Shown piece by piece: positions 1 to 11,861 of a DNA stretch of 64,000 bases; within the stretch, counting starts at the first letter, position 1, and each line of letters begins with the position of its first letter. The notes under the pieces are model-generated. The model did no database searches. It had not been told where the DNA came from and was given only the letters and a program-made list of their open reading frames with translations. The position numbers were made by a program, and so were the translations under genes. This DNA is from Methanoregula sp. (lineage in GTDB: Archaea > Halobacteriota > Methanomicrobia > Methanomicrobiales > Methanospirillaceae): NCBI GenBank assembly GCA_039698055.1, contig JBDKTL010000021.1, positions 66,837 to 130,836 of the forward strand, written 5' to 3'.

Positions 1-486
1 CGGCTGGTCTGTGCCCCCGTCTCCCTTCACGCGGTTGTGCTTGGCGAGAGCCTGAGCGGATTTCTCTACAGTGTCGGCATCGCATTCGTACCGTTTATTG
101 CCGGCCTGCTCATCTTTGGGACGCCCATCCTGAATGTTGTCCCGCTCGTTGCCGGGGTCGTCCTCACCGCGTTCTGCTTTGCCACGATGGGTACCCTGTT
201 TGCCGCCTACCCGACCGAAAGTCCCGGCGATATCATGTCCATGCTGAATATGGTCCGGCTCCCGCTCATCTTCATATCGGGGGTCTTTATCCCGGTTGCG
301 TCGATTCCTTCTGCAGGACAGGCCCTGGTATACTTTTCTCCGCTCACGTACGGGAACGATCTCATCCAGTCCGCCTATCACGGCCACACGATCTTCAACC
401 CGCTGGCCGATGTCGCGATGCTGTGCGTCTTCATCCTTGTCTTCCAGTTCCTCGCAAACCGGTTGTACAAGAAATTCAATGAATGA
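1..486 (+). CDS. ABC-2 type transporter permease, 5'-truncated by window edge
   Basis: Frame open from base 1; multiple TM helices; ABC-2 motif PLIFISGVFIP...SPLTY. Confidence 0.85.
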   Translation, partial: RLVCAPVSLHAVVLGESLSGFLYSVGIAFVPFIAGLLIFGTPILNVVPLVAGVVLTAFCFATMGTLFAAYPTESPGDIMSMLNMVRLPLIFISGVFIPVASIPSAGQALVYFSPLTYGNDLIQSAYHGHTIFNPLADVAMLCVFILVFQFLANRLYKKFNE

Positions 487-572
487 AATTTTAGAAATTT
501 TTTTTTTTTGTAATTTCAAAACTCAATCTGTTCACCGTTTTGCACGAAAGAGTGTTCCGGATGTTGTTTATG

Positions 573-625
573 GCGATGGCCGGGGTGGTGCTGGCACGGG
601 TGGTGGGGATGATTACGGGGATGGG
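573..625. repeat. Dispersed G-rich repeat, copy A (internally shortened)
   Basis: gcgatggccggggtggtgctggcacgggtggtg + ggggatgattacggggatggg aligns with 2006-2085. Confidence 0.7.
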
Positions 626-724
626 ATGAAACAGATGAAAGGGGAAAATCCTCAGTATCACTACCATTTCTTTACTCCGGAAGGCAGAGGTATATCGGAA
701 ACCCTAATCAGGAGCAAGGAAACT

Positions 725-1951
725 ATGCACACCCTTATTGAGCAGACACGGCGGGGAAAGATACCCCGGCAGGTGACATCAGTAGCCTCGGCAGAAGGAA
801 TTGATGCCAAACTCCTGTGCGGGAGAGTTGCTGAAGGAAGCGCAGTCATCATGCAGCGCGGCCAACATTTTACGGGCATTGGAAAAGGACTCCGTACCAA
901 AATCAATGCCAACATCGGAACATCGACCAGCAAAGTATGTGGAGAGGATGAGATCGCCAAGGCTCAGATTGCCGAACAATACGGAGCGGATACAATAAGC
1001 GATCTCTCCATGGGCGGGAACATTAACGCAATCAGATCTGCAATCATGGCCAGAACAACGCTTCCGATAACCACCGTACCGGTGTACCAGACGGTTGTGG
1101 AAAACGGCTTAAAAGAGATGACTGCCGAGGACATCATTGCAACACTTGCGAGGCAGGCAGAGCAGGGTATCAGCTCGTGCGTGATCCATTGCGTGAGCCA
1201 TACCATGCTGCAGGAATTCCGCAGGAAGAAACGAATTCTCGGCGTTGTTTCAAAAGGTGGTTCGATTACAAGCGCCTTTATGCTGATAAACCAGTGCGAA
1301 AACCCCTTCATTGAAAACTTTGATAAGGTCCTCTCCATTTGCAAAAAGCACGATATCATACTTTCACTGGGGAATACTGCGCGAAGCGGGTGTATCCATG
1401 ACCCGCGCGATAAAGCACAAATTGAAGAGATACGACAGAATGTCGCACTCGCACATCGCGCCCATGAAAATGGGGTTCAGGTAATTATCGAAGGAACCGG
1501 TGGGCATATCCGGAGCGATCGGATCGCCTCGTATGTCCGGTATCAGAAACGGCAGTCATCTTTTCCTCTGTTTGTTGCCGGGCCTCTGCCGGTTGATATT
1601 GCTGTCGGGTACGATCATATCGCTGGCTGTGCAGGCGCGAGTATCGCAAGTGCGGCAGGAGCTGATTATCTCTGTTATATCACGCCTGCCGAACATCTTG
1701 GGCTTCCTGATCCTGAGTCGGTTAAGGAAGGTCTCATCGCCTTCCGGATTGCTGCGCATATCGGCGACACGGTAAAATACAAAAACGTTGGAGCCGACAA
1801 AAAGGTTGCACTGATGCGGGCGGCACTTGATCGGGAAGGTCAGATATGTTGTGCTCTTGATCCTGCACGGGCACGGGAACTCGCGGATGGCGAAACTGAG
1901 TGTACGATGTGCGGTGAGTTTTGCGCTATTAAGATTATGCGAGAATTTTAA
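725..1951 (+). CDS. thiC: ThiC/BzaAB-family radical SAM protein (phosphomethylpyrimidine synthase-like)
   Basis: IGKGLRTKINANIGTS, DLSMGG, VSKGGS, GYDHI, YITPAEHLGLP, C-terminal CTMCGEFC; ATG 725 after GGAG-like RBS. Confidence 0.85.
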   Translation: MHTLIEQTRRGKIPRQVTSVASAEGIDAKLLCGRVAEGSAVIMQRGQHFTGIGKGLRTKINANIGTSTSKVCGEDEIAKAQIAEQYGADTISDLSMGGNINAIRSAIMARTTLPITTVPVYQTVVENGLKEMTAEDIIATLARQAEQGISSCVIHCVSHTMLQEFRRKKRILGVVSKGGSITSAFMLINQCENPFIENFDKVLSICKKHDIILSLGNTARSGCIHDPRDKAQIEEIRQNVALAHRAHENGVQVIIEGTGGHIRSDRIASYVRYQKRQSSFPLFVAGPLPVDIAVGYDHIAGCAGASIASAAGADYLCYITPAEHLGLPDPESVKEGLIAFRIAAHIGDTVKYKNVGADKKVALMRAALDREGQICCALDPARARELADGETECTMCGEFCAIKIMREF

Positions 1952-2005
1952 GATTATTCTGTTTGACTTTTTGCTGGACGTCCAAAAAACGGGACCTTTT
2001 TCATC

Positions 2006-2085
2006 GCGGTGGCCGGGCTGGTACTGGCGCAGGTTGTGCATCCGGAGATGGCACGGGAGATTGGGGGGATTATTACGGGGATGGG
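2006..2085. repeat. Dispersed G-rich repeat, copy B
   Basis: gcggtggccgggctggtactggcgcaggttgtg...ggggattattacggggatggg; same orientation as 573-625. Confidence 0.7.
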
Positions 2086-2697
2086 GGTGGAGAACCCTAT
2101 CCTCCCATCTTACCCTCGTCAAAGTGTCCTGGGATCATGGGATCCAGACCCTGAGGGAAAATAAGTCCTATACGGGCTCCTTTTTACCTTCCATTATCCG
2201 GGCTAATACCAGAAAAACCTGTAAAACCGTCCTTTCCCCTTCTTGTGGAGAATATGCCAATAAAATGCCCTATTTGCCAAGACACGGCACATTTGTCCGT
2301 CTTATCTGTGTCATTCTCCACCAATAATCATCAATTCTATGAGAAAAGGGCTATGCCGGGGTGGGGGAAACCCTGGTAGCGACACACGATCCGGCAGATC
2401 CCATTCTCCGTCGGAGAGCACCTTCCCGGGCGTTGGTTAAAACGTGGAAAACCTGAAAATTTGTGCGAATTCCGGCACACGTTTTCTGGAATCCCCCGTA
2501 AAATGCTCCGTCTGGCGGAATTCGGCATAGAATGGGCTTAAAAATGTACCCTAATAGACGCGTTTGGAGAGCCGATCCCAACAAAACCGTGCTGAACTAC
2601 CTGAAAATGAAAAGAGGGCCTGTTTTGGGGGTACCGGGATCCCGGGTGGTTCCTGGTGCTGTGGGATGAGAGTAGGATGTTCGTTGCGTCCCTGGAA

Positions 2698-3081
2698 TCA
2701 GAATTGTTCTTCAACCCATTCAACAATCTGCTCTGCCATTTTCAGTGCGCTTTGATATTCCCGATCCTCGATGGGCTCATAGTGGCCTGGATACCGTGTC
2801 GTTACTGCATAATACGAAAGGGCAACAGCTGCTTTCAGGGATTCCGGAACAGAAATATCATGAACTTCCAGTGTCTCAATGAGAACAGATAATGAATGAG
2901 TGGGCGAAGGGATAATTCCCTGAAGGATCATGAATGCTTTGAGGGATTTCTCACCAGCCTGCTGGCAATCAAAGCAGAGATCCTCATAAAAAATTTCCGG
3001 GTTTTCTTTTCCCAGCTTCGCCCGGCTCAGATTGCTTTTGGCCCGCCCCAGCCACTGTTCAGCAAGCTGCCGGTTTTTCAT
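2698..3081 (-). CDS. HEPN domain protein (MNT-HEPN toxin-antitoxin pair)
   Basis: WLGRAKSNL, CFDCQQAGEKSLKA, THSL, TRYP; overlaps the MNT gene. Confidence 0.85.
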   Translation of the reverse strand: MKNRQLAEQWLGRAKSNLSRAKLGKENPEIFYEDLCFDCQQAGEKSLKAFMILQGIIPSPTHSLSVLIETLEVHDISVPESLKAAVALSYYAVTTRYPGHYEPIEDREYQSALKMAEQIVEWVEEQF

Positions 3082-3400
3082 AGATAATCCTGCCCTTCTG
3101 TGCAATGTCGTGATAAATGAGGAACGGGTTATCCCGGAGTTCGTCAAATGTTTCGGGGGTCTCCACAATGACATCGACCGGCACACCAACCCCATACAGG
3201 TCACGGTAGAGTTTCATGGCGAGTTCGCGGCGGTGTTTTACCCCGGTTTTAATGACACAGATATCGTAATCACTTTCTTTTTTCTGTGTTCCTTTTGCCC
3301 GTGAACCAAAGAGGATGATCCGTTCGGGATCGGCTGATTGTCGGATAATCTCCACGATCTTTTGTATTGGCGTTATTTTTTGTCGCGATGATATCTTCAT
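3059..3400 (-). CDS. Minimal nucleotidyltransferase (MNT) antitoxin
   Basis: ILFGSRAKG...SDYDICV (GS-DxD motif), 113 aa, upstream of HEPN. Confidence 0.9.
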   Translation of the reverse strand: MKISSRQKITPIQKIVEIIRQSADPERIILFGSRAKGTQKKESDYDICVIKTGVKHRRELAMKLYRDLYGVGVPVDVIVETPETFDELRDNPFLIYHDIAQKGRIIYEKPAAC

Positions 3401-3712
3401 GCCTTGCTTCCCCCGTTGTTATGCACCGGATTGCTTTGGTACTATTTATCTTTCCGGGTCTTATGGTTGTTTGTCGAGGAAGGTAGATTTTATTGCCTCT
3501 TCGAGCGAAACATCCACGAAAATAAGGATTGAACCAACAAGAACCGGTCCTTGGAAATTTTCCAGCCGGAAAACGATCGGAACAAAAAAATTTCAAACCT
3601 GATTGTGATCCCGACTAAAAAAATTTCAGACAAAAAAATAATCGCAATTATTCCGGAGTAAAAAAAATAAAAAAGTTGTCCCGTACCCTTCCCTGCCGGT
3701 CAGACTTTTTTT

Positions 3713-6124
<2,412 letters not shown>

Positions 6125-6165
6125 TTAGTTTACATTTACCTAACCAAAATGCCAGATAAAAAAAA

Positions 6166-6585
6166 TTACCTGACCTTCCGGAGAATGCCGATAAGGACAT
6201 TGATCTCCTCTTCGTCCAGCGAATGTGCCATCATTTCAACGACCCGCTGCAGGGCCTGCTGTTCGGCACGGGCAATTGTCTGCCCTTTTTCTGTCAGCCG
6301 GATATACTGGATCCGTCTGTCATCCGGACATGGCTGCCGGTATACACAATCCATCCTGACAAATTTATTAATCGTCTCGGTGATGGTCGGTTTCGAGCAT
6401 CTGGTGATCTCCGCGAGCCTGCCAAACGTTACTTCCCCGTTTTCATCAATGGTTTTCAGGTACCGGATCTGCTTGACCGTCATATCCGATAACCCGCATT
6501 CCGAGAAGATCCCGCACGAGCATTCGTTCCTGATTTTGAACAGGTTTTCAAAAATCCGGATCAAATGCTCTTCCTCTTCTGTCAT
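6166..6585 (-). CDS. MarR family transcriptional regulator
   Basis: SKPTITETINKF...DDRRIQYIRLTEKG; directly upstream of lon. Confidence 0.85.
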   Translation of the reverse strand: MTEEEEHLIRIFENLFKIRNECSCGIFSECGLSDMTVKQIRYLKTIDENGEVTFGRLAEITRCSKPTITETINKFVRMDCVYRQPCPDDRRIQYIRLTEKGQTIARAEQQALQRVVEMMAHSLDEEEINVLIGILRKVR

Positions 6586-6815
6586 GGATCGTTCTTTTGT
6601 TAGTTAGGGTTTACCGAATTATAAAGGTTGGTATCCGGTCACAGCACAGTCCCGTCATTTCTGTAAAAAAAATTCCTGCTTCACAATAATCCGCACCCGG
6701 CTCCGGCATACGGACCAGGCAGAGATGCGGTGACGGAACGGACGAGGCGCGAGCTCCAAAACAGTTTCTCATCACAAAAAGTTTACCCGGAATCCGGGTA
6801 GTACTGGTTTGCCGG

Positions 6816-7316
6816 CTACCGGGAGTAGATACCGGAACCGAGCCACCAGTCATCGCCGGCTTTCTCAACGTACCCGAGTTTCTTTTCTATCGTGTTGTTG
6901 TTCACCGGGTTGATGTAATAATATTCCACAAACCCGGACCCGTTTAGGGCAGTATCGCGGAGCTCCCGGATAAAGTAGTTGCCCCGTGCATCCTTTTCGT
7001 TCAACCTGTTCACCCCGATCTTTTCCGGGTTCACCGGGTGGGCAATCGTCGTCCCGTTGAAATCATAGGCATAGATATAGAGTTCTCCCCGGAAAAACGA
7101 GCCGTTCTTATCGGAAAACTCGGCCAGCGCCGCGTCCCTGCCATGGGTCTGGGCATAAAGAACGGCTTCCTTGACAAACGCAACCATCTTGTCCCGTGGT
7201 GCATCCGGGGTGGGGGTCGACGGGATTGTGCCTGGCACCTGCCGGGTGCAGCCGGATGCAAGAAGCATTACCATGAGAACAAGAGCGAGCGCGAAGATGG
7301 TTAATCCCGATTTCAT
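6816..7316 (-). CDS. Stand-alone single Cache domain lipoprotein
   Basis: Signal with LLASGC lipobox; YIYAYDFNGTTIAHP, DARG, KLGYV...WWLGSGIY sCache_2 motifs. Confidence 0.8.
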   Translation of the reverse strand: MKSGLTIFALALVLMVMLLASGCTRQVPGTIPSTPTPDAPRDKMVAFVKEAVLYAQTHGRDAALAEFSDKNGSFFRGELYIYAYDFNGTTIAHPVNPEKIGVNRLNEKDARGNYFIRELRDTALNGSGFVEYYYINPVNNNTIEKKLGYVEKAGDDWWLGSGIYSR

Positions 7317-7694
7317 GTATGAACGTGGAATATGATTCTTAATTAACAGGCATGATTCTGAGCGGTTTTTTCGTGAAGGTACCCTCTGAAAAAATCCCTG
7401 CACAGATCTACCTGCGCTGCGGCGAAGATTTGCGCTGATGAACAGGGTGCCCGCAGAAAATCTTTCCCTCAATTGAGCGCAAGGGCAAACCAGGGCAGCG
7501 CACCGGTGGGTGTCTTGCGGCATGTCCCCGACAGTTTACCCGTTGAAGTTATGGGAGTCGTAGCAGTTCCGGATGAACTCCTGTTTCCGGTGCCCGCTTG
7601 CGTTCACCGGCGGTTTAAGATGCCCGATCGCCGGGGTCTTGAGGGGCGGGAAGAACGGGCAGGTGCGTACAGCGGTGCATGACACAGAAGTGTC

Positions 7695-8774
7695 CTACGG
7701 GCTTTTCTGGCCGTCATCCCCCGATTTTTCCGATGCCTGGTCCGAAAAGAGGTGGCTGACCCCGAGCAGTTCGTTAATCCAGCGAAGATCGTCACTGCAC
7801 TGGAAAACCGCCACCAGCATCAGCGTGATGGGGACGGCAAAGAGCATGCCCGTCATGCCAAGCAGCCACCCCCAGAAAATGACCGATAACAGCACGACAA
7901 TTGCCGGCATCTCAAATTTGCGTGCGGCAAGGTAGGAAAAAACCGGGTTTTCCACAATCAGGTTGAGCACGCAGACAACGGCGATGACGGCAACTGCACC
8001 CCAAATGCCAAACTGGAGCCAGGCAAAAAAGATCGCCGGCACTGCGGCAATGATGAGCCCGATATAAGGAATATACCCAAGAAGAAAGGTGATGATGCCC
8101 CACAATATCGCCGCATGGACACCCATAATGGACAGGATGCCGCCAAAGAGCACGCCGTGGACAAGGTTGGTCTCGGTGCGTACGACAATAAAGTCCATGA
8201 TGTACCGGCTCATGCGGGACATCTGCGCCAGCATCTCCGGCTTGTGGGAAAAAAGCGTTTGCAGCCGGCGTGCCAGTGTCGGGGATTCAATGAGCGCAAA
8301 AAAGGTCAGTACCGCGATAAAGAAAAGCGATATGACGATATCGGTGAGGTTCAACATTGACGACACGATCACCGGGACAATCGTTGTAAGGTTTATCGAC
8401 GACGGAAGGAGTTCACTGCCCTGGATGCCAAACCGTTCCAGGACCCCCGTGAGGTCTGACATGCGCTGGTTGAGATCTGCCTGGAACATCGGGATATCTG
8501 CAACCAGTACCTGCACCGAATATACCGTCATCAGGACCAGCGCAAGGATAATAAGAAACGCAATAATCGTGATGACGGCAACAGCGGCAGGATGGGGGAG
8601 GCCTTTTTTCCTGAGCCAGTCCACCGCGGGGAGGGCAAGAAGGGTAAGGATGAGGGAAAAGAGTATGATGTTGATGATAAACCCGGTCGTTTTCACACCG
8701 GTAATAATGATAAAAATAAGGGCGATGACAAGCAGGGGATAGACGATTCCTGATTGTTTTTCCATACTGTTCAT
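7695..8774 (-). CDS. AI-2E family transporter
   Basis: PAVDWLRKKG, LGYIPYIG, IFWGWLLGMTGMLFAVP. Confidence 0.85.
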   Translation of the reverse strand: MNSMEKQSGIVYPLLVIALIFIIITGVKTTGFIINIILFSLILTLLALPAVDWLRKKGLPHPAAVAVITIIAFLIILALVLMTVYSVQVLVADIPMFQADLNQRMSDLTGVLERFGIQGSELLPSSINLTTIVPVIVSSMLNLTDIVISLFFIAVLTFFALIESPTLARRLQTLFSHKPEMLAQMSRMSRYIMDFIVVRTETNLVHGVLFGGILSIMGVHAAILWGIITFLLGYIPYIGLIIAAVPAIFFAWLQFGIWGAVAVIAVVCVLNLIVENPVFSYLAARKFEMPAIVVLLSVIFWGWLLGMTGMLFAVPITLMLVAVFQCSDDLRWINELLGVSHLFSDQASEKSGDDGQKSP

Positions 8775-8923
8775 GAAACGGTATCGGGTTATAAGAGGAT
8801 AAAAGGTATCGCTTATATCTTTTTGAACAGTTTTTTGTCCGGGCGATTTTCCCCGGATCACAAAAACACTTCTGCAACCGGGTCAAATTTTTTTAATCAC
8901 GTTTCGGTCATAACGAGGGGATG

Positions 8924-9193
8924 CTACGATCTCGGTTCCCTCGTAATCTGCCCGCCACAAGCCCGGACCAAATCTTCAATTTTTTTAAGCAGCGCTTCGT
9001 CATTCAGGGCAAAATCCAGAAGTTCATACCGGTTAACCAGCTGGATTGGCTTTAAGACGACCAGCGGCTTTTTGCCGGCAGTTTCACCGGCATAGTCTGC
9101 CGGAACGACGGTCATCCGGTCGTCGGCCCAGATAGCAACATTGCCATATCCTGCTTCGTCCCAGAGTTTCCTGACAATATCCTGCGTAATCAT
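8924..9193 (-). CDS. Hypothetical protein, 89 aa
   Basis: ATG with GGAAGG RBS; co-oriented with neighbours; globular composition. Confidence 0.65.
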   Translation of the reverse strand: MITQDIVRKLWDEAGYGNVAIWADDRMTVVPADYAGETAGKKPLVVLKPIQLVNRYELLDFALNDEALLKKIEDLVRACGGQITREPRS

Positions 9194-9267
9194 GTCTGTT
9201 CCTTCCTGTCATTCCGGGATTTTAAAAAAACAATCCTTTCTGACGATAATAGTGTTTTTTTACCCGG

Positions 9268-9729
9268 CTATCTTTTCACAACGTTATTTTTTTCCGCTTC
9301 GATATCAAGGATAATCTCAAGTTCCAGCGACCGGGCAAACGCTTCCTGTGCCTCGACGCTCTTCCCGAGTTCGTCAAGGCAGATACCCTTGATATACCAG
9401 CCGGTCACATCGTTTGCATTGAGCGCCAGCGCCCGGGTAACTGCCGCCAGCGCTTCATTAATTTTTTCCAGCTGGTACAGGGCACGCCCTTTTTTTGACC
9501 ATGCGTCTGCGTAGTTTTGATTCAGGGAAAGCGCCCTGTCGCAATCTGCCACCGCTTCGGCATACCGCTCGGTCTCGATATAGGCTGAAGCTCTCAGGCA
9601 CCAGCCTTCCGGGTTCCGGGGATCGAGCTGGAGCGCCTTCTCGTAATGTGCAATCGCCTCACGGTACTTCGTCCGCCGGGCATAGGCATAGCCTTTTTTG
9701 AGAAGCTCCGCAACAGGATTCACGGTCAT
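9268..9729 (-). CDS. Tetratricopeptide repeat protein
   Basis: Repeated 34-aa units (YEKALQLDP, CDRALSLNQ, AWSKKGRAL). Confidence 0.9.
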   Translation of the reverse strand: MTVNPVAELLKKGYAYARRTKYREAIAHYEKALQLDPRNPEGWCLRASAYIETERYAEAVADCDRALSLNQNYADAWSKKGRALYQLEKINEALAAVTRALALNANDVTGWYIKGICLDELGKSVEAQEAFARSLELEIILDIEAEKNNVVKR

Positions 9730-9846
9730 TTACCCTGCCTCCCGCACATGTTCAGCTGCTGGTCGTTCCTGCCGGTGCCGGATGCAGGGGAATATTTTGG
9801 AACCTGCATACCGCACATCACCTGTTTTTTCCGGCAATGGTTTCCA

Positions 9847-10842
9847 TCACTCTGCAATCAGATCACCAAAGATGTCCTTGAGTGCTGCATGTTCATAACT
9901 ATCGATCTTTTCAAGCGCGGCGCGCTGGTGCCGGGGAGTGTCCCAGACAAACCAGTCCTTCATCGTCATAAAACCCAGGAGATCGTTGGTCAGTTTCACA
10001 CCGGTCTCATAGAGTCCGTTATAATAATCAAGCGTAGCCGGGACATTCCAGTCAACCCTGAGATCCTTTTCCATCAGCGCCAGCATCGCGTCCCCGAATA
10101 CCTTTGACTGGTACCAGGCAGTCTGTGTCCAGCGGGTAGTCAGCATCTCTTTTACTTCAAGGTGGCTGAACTTTTTCATCTGCGGAATATTGATCATGGG
10201 AGAGAGGACATCTGCGGGGAGCGTGTGGGCAAGATAGAGATCGCGGGCATAAAAAAGGGACTTGTCAAGGACAAAATACCGCCGGGGAATGATCTCCTCG
10301 TACTCGATCTGCCGGTCCATATCCGCCTTTCCCTCCTTAAGCAGGAGGTACAGCTGGGTCTTGCGCAGCTGGGGTTGCTTGTAATACACCCGGCTGTTGA
10401 TGATCGGGTTCCACGGGAGTTCTGTGATATCCCCATGGAACTGCATATAGATGATAAAGAGCATCTCGAGCAGTTTCTTGACCGGGAGTTTTTTTACTTT
10501 TTTTGCCTCGTCCTTGAGAGCATCAAGATAAATCTGGCGCATACCCCTGCTGACAGATTCCGGCGTAAATGAACAGACACGGTAGTGGGATTTTTTTACA
10601 GCCGCACCCTTGAGCAGCAGGGCGGTACAGTGCTTGACGATGAGAAAATCCTTCAACAGGCCGATATTCTGCGACGGGAGGATGATGATATTTTTTTCGA
10701 CATCATAGGTATAGACATCAACAAGCGTCCCGCCCGGCACCCCTTCGGGATTGCGCACCAGCGAGATCTCCGTATCCAAAAGCGCCTCTACCTGCGAGAT
10801 CATCTTTCTCACCGGTTTACCAAGGGGCATATTGGTTTTCAT
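9847..10842 (-). CDS. Hypothetical protein, 331 aa
   Basis: Long ORF co-oriented with neighbours; no motif recognised. Confidence 0.7.
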   Translation of the reverse strand: MKTNMPLGKPVRKMISQVEALLDTEISLVRNPEGVPGGTLVDVYTYDVEKNIIILPSQNIGLLKDFLIVKHCTALLLKGAAVKKSHYRVCSFTPESVSRGMRQIYLDALKDEAKKVKKLPVKKLLEMLFIIYMQFHGDITELPWNPIINSRVYYKQPQLRKTQLYLLLKEGKADMDRQIEYEEIIPRRYFVLDKSLFYARDLYLAHTLPADVLSPMINIPQMKKFSHLEVKEMLTTRWTQTAWYQSKVFGDAMLALMEKDLRVDWNVPATLDYYNGLYETGVKLTNDLLGFMTMKDWFVWDTPRHQRAALEKIDSYEHAALKDIFGDLIAE

Positions 10843-10945
10843 GGAGAATCACAGGAACCGTTGTAAAGAGAAAGTTACGAAAGTAACCGGGCCACGGGCT
10901 GCACCCGGGTATTTTAAAGAATCGTGCGGGAGAAGAGAAAAAGGT

Positions 10946-11548
10946 TCACCTTTTCTTGCGCGGGCGGACAAACGAATGGAACAGCCCGGTGATCATGTTG
11001 GGCTTTTTGGGGCGGAAGACTCCCTGGTTGACGTACCGGACATCTTCAATGGAGAAGAATGCACCCGGGTTGGTCTGCTCTATATGCTCCATGATGCGGG
11101 GCACATCGACACGGTTAACGAGCGAGAGGATCATCTTCACGTCCCCCCGTGCACCTTCCGCATTCATGCTCGTGGCGCCATAATTCTCCTTCTGCATGAA
11201 CGCGATGATGTCCTCGTTGGATTCTTCCGTCGTCACGATACGCATGATCACCATGCCAATCGAGAGTTTTTCTTCAAGCACGAGGCCGACGTACGTGCCG
11301 GTGGCAAACCCGAACGCAAATGCAAAGAAGTTCGCGATATTGGACAGGTCATTTAAGACCACTTCCATCGCAAGCAGCCAGATCACGATCTCGAAGAACG
11401 CGATGATCGGGGCAAGATATTTGATCCCCTTGGAGATGTAGATGACCCGGATCGTCTCAAGACTTACATCCCCGATACGGGCAAAAAAGATGAGGGCCGG
11501 AAGAATTACCCAGGCATAGATTTCAGGGCTGATGATGAAAAAGGACAT
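10946..11548 (-). CDS. UPF0316 / DUF2179 membrane protein
   Basis: IFFARIGDVSLETIR, FFEIVIWLLA, GFATGTYVG, AFFSIEDVR. Confidence 0.85.
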   Translation of the reverse strand: MSFFIISPEIYAWVILPALIFFARIGDVSLETIRVIYISKGIKYLAPIIAFFEIVIWLLAMEVVLNDLSNIANFFAFAFGFATGTYVGLVLEEKLSIGMVIMRIVTTEESNEDIIAFMQKENYGATSMNAEGARGDVKMILSLVNRVDVPRIMEHIEQTNPGAFFSIEDVRYVNQGVFRPKKPNMITGLFHSFVRPRKKR

Positions 11549-11707
11549 CCTTTTACCTCGTCCGGTACCGGGTTTGTTGTTCTCTCACCGGTGAGATGAA
11601 GAAAAGGTTGCCTCCTGTTCCTATATCAAGATTACCGGAAAACAAACCAATAAAAGGAAGATTTGGAAAGATTTGGGCGATCGCGCGGATGATTTCGCCC
11701 GGCTTTC

Positions 11708-11848
11708 TCACGCGTACTTGGCCGGGTCGGCATCAAATTTCTTCTTGCAGCCGGGAGCGCAGAAGTAGTACTTTTTCCCGTTATAATCGCTCGTGAACTT
11801 TGCCGTTTTTTCATCAACGGTCATCTTGCAGATCGGATCGATTGCCAC
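11708..11848 (-). CDS. YHS/TRASH domain small metal-binding protein (46 aa; absent from ORF track)
   Basis: GTG start after GAGGTG; MAIDPICKMTVDEKTAKFTSDYNGKKYYFCAPGCKKKFDADPAKYA. Confidence 0.9.
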   Translation of the reverse strand: MAIDPICKMTVDEKTAKFTSDYNGKKYYFCAPGCKKKFDADPAKYA

Positions 11849-11861
11849 CTGAACACCTCAG

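Noticed and set aside
296-724. 143-aa N-terminal extension of the ThiC ORF
   Set aside because: It overlaps the ABC permease, crosses a poly-T tract and the G-rich repeat; ThiC similarity and an RBS point to ATG 725
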